Positions 9,900-16,039 of a stretch of 62,169 nucleotides of DNA are shown piece by piece. This stretch comes from a virus (taxonomy: Duplodnaviria > Caudoviricetes). Both the position numbers and the translations under genes were made by a program. The number at the start of each line of letters is the position of its first letter. Position 1 is the first letter of the stretch. The notes under the pieces were generated by a model, which was given only the letters and a program-made list of their open reading frames with translations, was not told the origin of the DNA and made no database searches. Where the stretch lies: IMG/VR virus record IMGVR_UViG_3300011116_000128, positions 1 through 62,169 of that record, one strand, 5' to 3'.

Positions 9900-10778
9900 T
9901 TACTCCTTAGTTTTTAAATAGTCCTGGTACTGGTTGCACCACTTACTGACAGAGCAAAAGTTAGCGCAGCGCGTCCTCTCTCCTGGCCGCACTTCGATCT
10001 CGTACTCTTTCCCGTACTCGGCCACCTTGGCCTGAGCTTCATCGGCGGTATCACAGACATTGCGTGCCTTGACCCCACCAATTTTTTTGACCGCGTAGGT
10101 CGTTTGTTTCTCCCACATCTCCTCGGAGGTACAGTGAGGTAGTTCGTCACCCGTCTCAAAATCAAACAGGGCGTTGGAGTGCATCTCAATGCGCTGCTCA
10201 ATGAACGCCTGCTGCTGCTCAAACGGCCACAGCTGGACCGGAATGACCTTGATGGGGGCATCGGGGTAGCCTTGCTTGACCGCGGCGTCACGGCGGCTCC
10301 AATCGCGGATGATGGCTACGATAGCCAAGTCGGTTACATCCTTCTGCTTGACATGGCGGACGAGCCAAGCGTAGATGTTGAGCTGCAGCTCCCAGTCAAT
10401 CTTCTCGTTCATCACCGACCAAGCGCCAACGGTCTTGTAGTCGTTGACTGTGATGGTGCCGTCTTCGTTCACGATCTGAAGGTCAATGGCTCCTGAGATG
10501 GACCAGCCGTCAACGTTGGCGTGCAGGCGCTCCTCGACCAAGTGGTGGTCATCGCGGCCATGCTCCAGCACCCCGTGGATAGCCGTGCCAAAAATGGACC
10601 AGACCATCTCGCTGACATCCTGCTCAATCTCATCGGCGTGCAGCTTGCGCAGCTGGACGATTCTGGGAGAAGAGATTAGCTCAGTGGCCGAAATGTTGGA
10701 CTTTCCCTTTGAGTAAGTCGGTCGTTTGAGGACGTTGACAAAGGTCTGCGGAAGGTTGAATTTGTTGGTGATGATCAT
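9900..10778 (-). CDS. PD-(D/E)XK exonuclease, Cas4/AddB-like
   Basis: GTAIH, ISGAID, DYKT, QLNIY motifs; C-terminal C..CANFC..C cysteine cluster. Confidence 0.85.
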   Translation of the reverse strand: MIITNKFNLPQTFVNVLKRPTYSKGKSNISATELISSPRIVQLRKLHADEIEQDVSEMVWSIFGTAIHGVLEHGRDDHHLVEERLHANVDGWSISGAIDLQIVNEDGTITVNDYKTVGAWSVMNEKIDWELQLNIYAWLVRHVKQKDVTDLAIVAIIRDWSRRDAAVKQGYPDAPIKVIPVQLWPFEQQQAFIEQRIEMHSNALFDFETGDELPHCTSEEMWEKQTTYAVKKIGGVKARNVCDTADEAQAKVAEYGKEYEIEVRPGERTRCANFCSVSKWCNQYQDYLKTKE

Positions 10779-10809
10779 GCTTTTCCTGTAGAATTAAGTG
10801 ACTGGGCCA

Positions 10810-10842
10810 CACATTGTACCCACATTGTATCATGTCTTGCAA
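10810..10842 (-). promoter_or_regulatory. sigma70-like promoter for the recombination operon, with tandem TACAAT boxes
   Basis: Minus strand TTGCAA-N18-TACAAT, plus a second TGnTACAAT 11 bp upstream. Confidence 0.6.
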
Positions 10843-10854
10843 GGACTATTTTTT

Positions 10855-11169
10855 ATGGCGACCTCAACCACCCAGCGCAGCCTCAAGTACATGAGGGACA
10901 ACGGGTTTTATGCCGAGGTAGTCGAGCGGTACAACTCTTTCACCAAGAGGAAGAACGACTTTGCGGGATTCATTGACATCCTATGCCTTGGCCAGGGCGC
11001 GGTGATCGGCGTGCAGACTACGAGCTGGGGCCACACCTCAGACCGGCTGAAGAAGATCCTTGAGCATGAAAACCTGGACATCGTGAGGGATGCCGGAATC
11101 AAGATAGAGGTCCACGGCTGGCAAAAGAAGGGAACCCGCTGGCAGGTCAAAGTAATTCATGTAGAATGA
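10855..11169 (+). CDS. PD-(D/E)XK nuclease, Holliday-junction-resolvase-like
   Basis: GFYAEVVE..DFAGFIDILCL..IGVQTT..IEVHGW. Confidence 0.7.
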   Translation: MATSTTQRSLKYMRDNGFYAEVVERYNSFTKRKNDFAGFIDILCLGQGAVIGVQTTSWGHTSDRLKKILEHENLDIVRDAGIKIEVHGWQKKGTRWQVKVIHVE

Positions 11170-11198
11170 CCGCGCTTCTCCTTGGTTCTTGGACCATT

Positions 11199-11227
11199 AC
11201 CCCTCTAGGAAACTAGGGGGGTCTTTT
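11199..11227 (+). terminator. Rho-independent terminator
   Basis: ACCCCTCTAG-GAAA-CTAGGGGGGT followed by CTTTT. Confidence 0.7.
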
Positions 11228-11318
11228 ACTTTAACAATGTTAAAGTCAACACGCATGGGGATTGTGACAATGCCAGCGCCGTACCTTTGAAAGTCGGTTA
11301 GCTTCAGTCCCCAGCCGT

Positions 11319-11427
11319 GTTGGTGAATGCGTAGGCTGATGCGCGTGGTGTTTTGGAAGCAACCGGGCGACCCTGCCTGTTTACTCGGAGCAACCAAATA
11401 AGCTGGAGTTCAGTGCCAGCCGCCAAC
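11319..11427 (+). ncRNA. tRNA-like cloverleaf RNA resembling phage C4 antisense RNA
   Basis: 7-bp closing stem GTTGGTG/CGCCAAC; arm GCGT-AGGCTG-ATGC; arm GCTGG-AGTTCAGTG-CCAGC; terminator immediately downstream. The family name is from recall and was not searched. Confidence 0.65.
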
Positions 11428-11436
11428 AAAAAACGC

Positions 11437-11475
11437 CCGACGCCTCTGCATTCTGTGTACGCGTCGGTTTTTTTT
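11437..11475 (+). terminator. Rho-independent terminator after the C4-like RNA
   Basis: CCGACGC...GCGTCGG followed by T8. Confidence 0.7.
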
Positions 11476-11483
11476 AGTACTTC

Positions 11484-11511
11484 TTGCCGCAAGGCAAAAA
11501 TAGTGTATAGT
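11484..11511 (+). promoter_or_regulatory. sigma70-like promoter
   Basis: TTGCCG-N16-TATAGT, directly upstream of a structured leader. Confidence 0.55.
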
Positions 11512-11515
11512 TCCA

Positions 11516-11622
11516 TTCGTTGTCGTTGCACACAACAATGTTTGAAGCCGTTTACTCATGCGTCTTGCCCACGAGAAATCTTGTGGGGTGCAACCAAGCC
11601 GCAGCAGTAAACGGCTTTTTTC
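11516..11622 (+). ncRNA. Structured RNA with pseudoknot and terminator-like end
   Basis: 12-bp stem AAGCCGTTTACT/AGTAAACGGCTT plus T run; loop GTTGCAC is complementary to GTGCAAC. Confidence 0.65.
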
Positions 11623-11966
11623 GTTTCAGCGCGGCAACCGGACTCCATCCGTAGCAAGGGGTTGCATCGCCCGCGTGGAAGAAAAGACAGAACCTCGGTG
11701 TGACCCGCACCTCCGAAGTAGCGCAAGCCAAAAGGAATAAACAAGGTTGTCAGTAATGACACATACCCTAGTACGCTGGGAGATGATCGACAGGCCGGTG
11801 AGAACTGGCCTACTCGGGATTCCAGGGGAGGGCGGATTGGCTGTCCGATAGATCGCATAAAAACCGGTCAAAGCACCTTGATAAAGAGTCGTTAGCCATC
11901 CAACACCCAACAGCCGGGGGAGGGAGGGTCAACGGGTAAGAGGGCTTAGCAATGACGATATAACAG

Positions 11967-11996
11967 TCGACATGCTAGGAATTCATGTGGTATGAT
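11967..11996 (+). promoter_or_regulatory. Promoter for the accessory/replication operon
   Basis: TCGACA-N18-TATGAT with extended TGn. Confidence 0.55.
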
Positions 11997-12002
11997 ATGC
12001 GC

Positions 12003-12062
12003 GAGGGGAAAGCGGATGCTGTGTGAACTGCGTAGCGGGCCACCAGTGCAGCGAGTACCTTC
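12003..12062 (+). ncRNA. Leader RNA with loop-E-like GAA/AGUA motif
   Basis: GAGGG-GAA-AGCGGATGCTG...CAGTGCAGCG-AGTA-CCTTC, between the promoter and the first RBS. Confidence 0.45.
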
Positions 12063-12080
12063 ACCTTACTAGGAGAAACA

Positions 12081-12218
12081 ATGAGATACATCCTTGACAT
12101 CTTTGCCCTGATAGGGCTTGTAAGCACCATCATCGTGGCTGGTTTCTATGCTGGCTATGTCACATACCACCCTAAGTGCCACACATTACCGGCCGTCTTT
12201 ACCAAGGAATGCAAATGA
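12081..12218 (+). CDS. Small membrane protein (45 aa, not in track)
   Basis: AGGAG RBS; MRYILDIFALIGLVSTIIVAGFYAGY... Confidence 0.65.
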   Translation: MRYILDIFALIGLVSTIIVAGFYAGYVTYHPKCHTLPAVFTKECK

Positions 12219-12412
12219 ACTGGAACCTTTTTTCATCTATAGCAGAGTTAAAGTCCCGCGTAGAAAACCTGGAGGACCAAGTGCGGGATCTGAACATGCG
12301 GCTTTCTGAAAAAGCCCATGCCGAAAAGCTATTGGCCTCTTTGCGCAAAGCACGGCAGCGTGAGTACTCCCGCCGGTATTACGAAAAGCACAAGAAAGTG
12401 AAAGCAGCATGA
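12215..12412 (+). CDS. Hypothetical coiled-coil protein with basic C-terminus
   Basis: ATGA coupling; RQREYSRRYYEKHK. Confidence 0.7.
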   Translation: MNWNLFSSIAELKSRVENLEDQVRDLNMRLSEKAHAEKLLASLRKARQREYSRRYYEKHKKVKAA

Positions 12413-12606
12413 TTAATACAATCAAACGGCTAATCACAACTCCAACAGCGTTAGAGATGGCGGCAAAAGAGCTTGTAGAGGCCCAGCGTGCCAAGCTGAA
12501 GGCCGAGAGCGCGATGGAATACGCCCTCAGCGTGGTTGATTACAACGATGCACGCATCAAACGCTTGCGTATGCGTATGAACGAACTGCAAGGAGAGCAA
12601 GCATGA
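12409..12606 (+). CDS. Hypothetical protein
   Basis: ATGA-coupled helical ORF. Confidence 0.7.
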   Translation: MINTIKRLITTPTALEMAAKELVEAQRAKLKAESAMEYALSVVDYNDARIKRLRMRMNELQGEQA

Positions 12607-12875
12607 ATGAAATAGAAAAAATGTGGACAGCGTTAGAGGCTCATCAGCCGACGGCTGACAAAAAGGGGTACGGCAAAGAATGGGCGCGTATGTGCAGTGA
12701 ACGTACCGTTGAGGCTGCTGCGCTTGCGGCTAATGCTGTTTGGCCTACTGCGGGGGCTAATGATGCTAATTATGCTGCTTATGCTGCTGATGCTGCTAGT
12801 TATGCTGTTCGTGCTGTCAGATACTCTAGAACTGCCGTTGACTACATATTTAAAGCAAACGGAGAGCAAGCATGA
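12603..12875 (+). CDS. Hypothetical protein with Ala-rich (AAY/AAD) repeats
   Basis: GGAG RBS; degenerate 9-nt (T/G)ATGCTGCT units. Confidence 0.7.
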   Translation: MNEIEKMWTALEAHQPTADKKGYGKEWARMCSERTVEAAALAANAVWPTAGANDANYAAYAADAASYAVRAVRYSRTAVDYIFKANGEQA

Positions 12876-13063
12876 GCGAGAAACCGGAACCATCTGCTGA
12901 AGACTGGATTATTTTTCGCCTGCTCAACGCATGGCACGAAAATGCTGGCTTTTTGGGATTTGATCTTACTGCGCGTAGGACTTTAGTTTTTATGTTCAGA
13001 AAGCTGGGCAAAGACACTGTGCTTGATATGGCTAAACAACTGGAAGAGGAGAGCAAAGCATGA
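12872..13063 (+). CDS. Hypothetical protein
   Basis: GGAG RBS, ATGA coupling. Confidence 0.6.
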   Translation: MSEKPEPSAEDWIIFRLLNAWHENAGFLGFDLTARRTLVFMFRKLGKDTVLDMAKQLEEESKA

Positions 13064-13191
13064 ACGACGATGACGACAGCGGCGGTGAATTCTTCTTCGA
13101 CCTGCTGAAAACGTTGGTAGCCCTGTTTGTTTTTATCCTGTTCCTCATGGTGATGGGAACGATCATAGGAGGGCTGCTCTCATGGTTCTGA
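13060..13191 (+). CDS. Small membrane protein (43 aa, not in track)
   Basis: MNDDDDSGGEFFFDLLKTLVALFVFILFLMVMGTIIGGLLSWF; GGAG RBS. Confidence 0.6.
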   Translation: MNDDDDSGGEFFFDLLKTLVALFVFILFLMVMGTIIGGLLSWF

Positions 13192-13394
13192 CTATCTACA
13201 TCCCGGTGCTGTTCGTGTGCCTGAACACTCAGTGTTCATTCGCGCAGACATCTAAGCACTACACCCGCGAGACCGAATGCATGGCGGTATTGGAAGAGTA
13301 CATGAGGCGGGTGCGGGAGATGGCAGCTAGTGCGAATCAGACTGTCACCCAGCTAAAGGGCGTGTGCATTGTCGCAAAGGATGGAATGCTATGA
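13182..13394 (+). CDS. Hypothetical Cys-containing protein
   Basis: AGGAGG RBS; CxxxxC..EC..C pattern. Confidence 0.6.
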   Translation: MVLTIYIPVLFVCLNTQCSFAQTSKHYTRETECMAVLEEYMRRVREMAASANQTVTQLKGVCIVAKDGML

Positions 13395-13409
13395 ACAAAG
13401 GCCAAAGAC

Positions 13410-13643
13410 ATGACTGAACCATACGGGTACTGCATGCAAGGATATAGGTACATCTTTGGCAAGGGCAAGTTTGAGCTTAGCTCTGCCGTGGGGGGTTTGT
13501 ACCCCATCTACCTTGAACCAACGCATGAAGGGCAAGAACCGTTTGCCTGCATTGACGCCGATGCAGGACTGTATTTGTTCTACCTAGAAGACATTAAAAG
13601 AACGTACTACCAACTAACCCCTGTATACAAGGAGACACTATGA
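13410..13643 (+). CDS. Hypothetical protein with two EP...P(I/V)Y modules
   Basis: Internal duplication EPYGY..YPIY / EPFAC..TPVY. Confidence 0.55.
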   Translation: MTEPYGYCMQGYRYIFGKGKFELSSAVGGLYPIYLEPTHEGQEPFACIDADAGLYLFYLEDIKRTYYQLTPVYKETL

Positions 13644-13969
13644 AAACACCTGAGGATGAAGCATTCGACGAGTTGGAGCGTAGGCGAGGCGGCTTTCAAG
13701 CCAAGCGGCAGATGGCTGCGGACAAGTTGGGCCAACTACTGGCAAACAACAACATGCCTGATACACCTACTGCTAGGGCGGTATACAGAAAGATGTTGGA
13801 GCGCGTTGAAGACGACGATGACATACAGGACTACAAGAAGCCGTGGGTAGGGCTGACTGATGATGAGATTAAAGAAATCATTGGGCCGTACGGAGCCACG
13901 CCCATCAAGGGCTATACCCGCAAACTGTTTGACCAGATTGAAGCAAAACTTAGGGAGAAGAACACATGA
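13640..13969 (+). CDS. Modular hypothetical protein (DDDIQDYKKPWVGLTD + IEAKLREKN)
   Basis: AAGGAG RBS; shares modules with neighbouring genes. Confidence 0.75.
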   Translation: MKTPEDEAFDELERRRGGFQAKRQMAADKLGQLLANNNMPDTPTARAVYRKMLERVEDDDDIQDYKKPWVGLTDDEIKEIIGPYGATPIKGYTRKLFDQIEAKLREKNT

Positions 13970-14196
13970 AATCCAAAACCCCCGAGCCGCTGTACCAACA
14001 GATTGTTCCAGTCGAAGACCGAGGCAAGGTAGCGGTAAGTAAGTACTACCGAGTCAACCAAAACATGGGTGGGCTGGGGCACAGCAGACACCCATACCTT
14101 CTTGAGTGCAACTTGCGAATCGACTTTGGCCCGGACGGTGGGATACACAACGTCGAATGGAGTAACAAAGTTTTAGAGGAGAAGAACAATGGATAA
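13966..14196 (+). CDS. Hypothetical protein
   Basis: Cassette junctions at both ends. Confidence 0.65.
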   Translation: MKSKTPEPLYQQIVPVEDRGKVAVSKYYRVNQNMGGLGHSRHPYLLECNLRIDFGPDGGIHNVEWSNKVLEEKNNG

Positions 14197-14392
14197 GACA
14201 TACGAAGCAATCATTGCAGGGGCTAAGGCAGACGGGTCTTGGGATAAAAAATACCCCTACGAAGACGATGACATACAGGACTACAAGAAGCCGTGGGTAG
14301 GGCTGACGGATGAGGATTGCAAAGGCATGAATGCTGGCGACAAAGTGGTGGCAATGTGGGCTAACAGAATCCTCAAGGAGAAGAACACATGA
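14189..14392 (+). CDS. Modular hypothetical protein (MDKTYEAII + WVGLTDE)
   Basis: Shared modules; GGAG RBS. Confidence 0.75.
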   Translation: MDKTYEAIIAGAKADGSWDKKYPYEDDDIQDYKKPWVGLTDEDCKGMNAGDKVVAMWANRILKEKNT

Positions 14393-14589
14393 TTGAAGTA
14401 GGCGACATTGTGCAAGTAGAGCCAAGTCAAAAGCTATTTGGAGGCTGCATGGTAGTGGTGACCGAGTTGAAAGATTGGGGCATTCAAGGCTATGTTCAGT
14501 CTGCTGGTGTAGAGGGGCAACAATACATCCGACTTAAAACAGAGCAGTATGAGCAAACAGGCGGGAAAGCAGTGTGGGTAATTAAATGA
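14389..14589 (+). CDS. Small SH3/KOW-like beta-barrel protein
   Basis: IEVGDIVQV..GCMVVVTE..WGIQGYV pattern. Confidence 0.65.
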   Translation: MIEVGDIVQVEPSQKLFGGCMVVVTELKDWGIQGYVQSAGVEGQQYIRLKTEQYEQTGGKAVWVIK

Positions 14590-14885
14590 ACAGAAATGTA
14601 AATTCTGAAGAAGGCCTCCACTCATGCGGCTATCACGATGGAAAGCGGGCGACACAGCCAGCGCAGGAGCCTGTGGCGTGGTATGACAAACACGGAATGA
14701 TTACGCATGACCCATTTGAAGGGGTAACAGCCCTCTACACCACCCCACCACAGCGCACATGGGTAGGGCTGACGGATGAAGAAATCAGAGACTGCCTTGG
14801 CCCTGAAGCTGTTCGTATTCCTCCGGGTTGGAGCAAGTTAACCCGAGCCATTGAAGCCAAACTAAAGGAGAAGAACAATGACTAA
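14586..14885 (+). CDS. Modular hypothetical protein (QEPVAW..LYTTPP + WVGLTDEE + IEAKLKEKN)
   Basis: Shared modules. Confidence 0.75.
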   Translation: MNRNVNSEEGLHSCGYHDGKRATQPAQEPVAWYDKHGMITHDPFEGVTALYTTPPQRTWVGLTDEEIRDCLGPEAVRIPPGWSKLTRAIEAKLKEKNND

Positions 14886-15141
14886 CAGACGCGGATTCTT
14901 TGGCTCCATGCTTGCGGCAGCGATGGCTCCTGCCATTGTGCGGGCAGAGTCCTTGATGAAAATCTATGTGCCGCCGCAGGACATCATTACCGATGTTCAG
15001 TTGGAAGAGGCGCTGTATCAAAATTTGAGCGCGGGGTACAGTCGTAACTTGGCGAAGGCAAGCATCCTCACACGGAAGCAGTTGATAGATGAATTACTCC
15101 CCAAGTTGAACAAACTTTTTGAATTGGAGTACGACAAATGA
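14878..15141 (+). CDS. Tat-signal protein carrying two major-capsid-like segments
   Basis: TNRRGFF + hydrophobic stretch + VRA; residues 42-61 and 64-85 align with MCP residues 94-113 and 3-24. Confidence 0.75.
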   Translation: MTNRRGFFGSMLAAAMAPAIVRAESLMKIYVPPQDIITDVQLEEALYQNLSAGYSRNLAKASILTRKQLIDELLPKLNKLFELEYDK

Positions 15142-15314
15142 TTGAAGATGATGACAACATACAGGATTACAAAAAACCTTGGGTCGGGCTGACAGATGAG
15201 GAGGTAGAACTCTACTGGGATTGGGAAGATTTTCAAACAGGAGCGGGTCGTTCAACCATATTCAAAATGGTCAGGGACATTGAAGCTAAGTTAAGGAGAA
15301 AGAACAATGGATAA
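15138..15314 (+). CDS. Modular hypothetical protein (58 aa, not in track)
   Basis: MIEDDDNIQDYKKPWVGLTDEEVELYWDWEDFQTGAGRSTIFKMVRDIEAKLRRKNNG; GGAG RBS. Confidence 0.75.
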   Translation: MIEDDDNIQDYKKPWVGLTDEEVELYWDWEDFQTGAGRSTIFKMVRDIEAKLRRKNNG

Positions 15315-15504
15315 AACATACGAAGCAATCATTGACTACGCAAAACCCTGCATGGATGCCGAGAAGGCATTGAAAGATGCTCACAACGCGGTTCTAGAGC
15401 AAAACCTGGATTTGGCTATGATCAGGACGATGGACGCCGTCATTTCGGCACGGCTCATGTACGGGTCATTGCGCGACATGAAGGAGAGGCAAGGTGGAAG
15501 ATAG
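15307..15504 (+). CDS. Hypothetical protein (MDKTYEAII module)
   Basis: AAGGAG RBS. Confidence 0.7.
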   Translation: MDKTYEAIIDYAKPCMDAEKALKDAHNAVLEQNLDLAMIRTMDAVISARLMYGSLRDMKERQGGR

Positions 15505-15871
15505 CCTCTCATACCCGAAATGTTTTGACAGTCAAACAAGGTTTGACGAGTGGAAAGCTACGGCCCGCACAACTGGGCTTGGTGGTGCTGGTTACTGTGC
15601 CGACTGCAATCCAAAACACAAAGCCGCAATGGCCCGACAAAAGCGCTGCGAGAACCCGACAGTTGCGTTTGAGCAGGATTCAGAGGGGAACCTTGTTGGC
15701 TACATCCCAGAGGTGCGAAGGATCTCCATCCCGCAGATAGAGAACATCATCCACAAATGGCTTAAGCCTGATGAGCAGCCATCCATAAGATATCTAGGGG
15801 TCCCCAGCCGGTGGCATCCAATGACGGGAACCTTTGACAGAATCCCAGCACCCAAAAAAGAAAGGAGATAA
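15494..15871 (+). CDS. Hypothetical Cys-rich protein
   Basis: PKCF..YCADC..RC pattern; GTG start with GGAG RBS. Confidence 0.65.
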   Translation: MEDSLSYPKCFDSQTRFDEWKATARTTGLGGAGYCADCNPKHKAAMARQKRCENPTVAFEQDSEGNLVGYIPEVRRISIPQIENIIHKWLKPDEQPSIRYLGVPSRWHPMTGTFDRIPAPKKERR

Positions 15872-16039
15872 ATGGACATACCAAACTTTGCAGCATGGTC
15901 CAACGAAAACTTGGCGAAGTTCGCAGCCGAATCTTACATACGAATGAAAGAACAACAGGATGCCCTCATGCTCATGCAGCGTGGCATCAAGGATGCGATA
16001 GAGAACCTCAACAAAGCACTAAAGGAAAACAATGACTGA
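15872..16039 (+). CDS. Hypothetical protein (55 aa, not in track)
   Basis: MDIPNFAAWSNENLAKFA...; AAGGAG RBS. Confidence 0.7.
   Translation: MDIPNFAAWSNENLAKFAAESYIRMKEQQDALMLMQRGIKDAIENLNKALKENND

Larger units (their letters stand above)
13814..15334 (+). repeat. Dispersed intragenic homology modules
   Basis: 44-bp identity 13814-13857 = 14264-14307; 32-bp near-identity 14185-14216 vs 15303-15334; five GGAGAAGAACA..ATG junctions. Confidence 0.9.

Noticed and set aside
9900-10778. CRISPR-associated cas4
   Set aside because: Stand-alone and near erf; typical of a phage recombination exonuclease.
11319-11427. tRNA gene
   Set aside because: No 7-nt anticodon loop, a 9-nt T-like loop without TTCRA, and an oversized middle arm.
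13814-15334. CRISPR array or DGR template/variable repeats
   Set aside because: The repeats are irregularly spaced, lie in frame inside ORFs and show no adenine-specific variation. No cas operon or reverse transcriptase is present.
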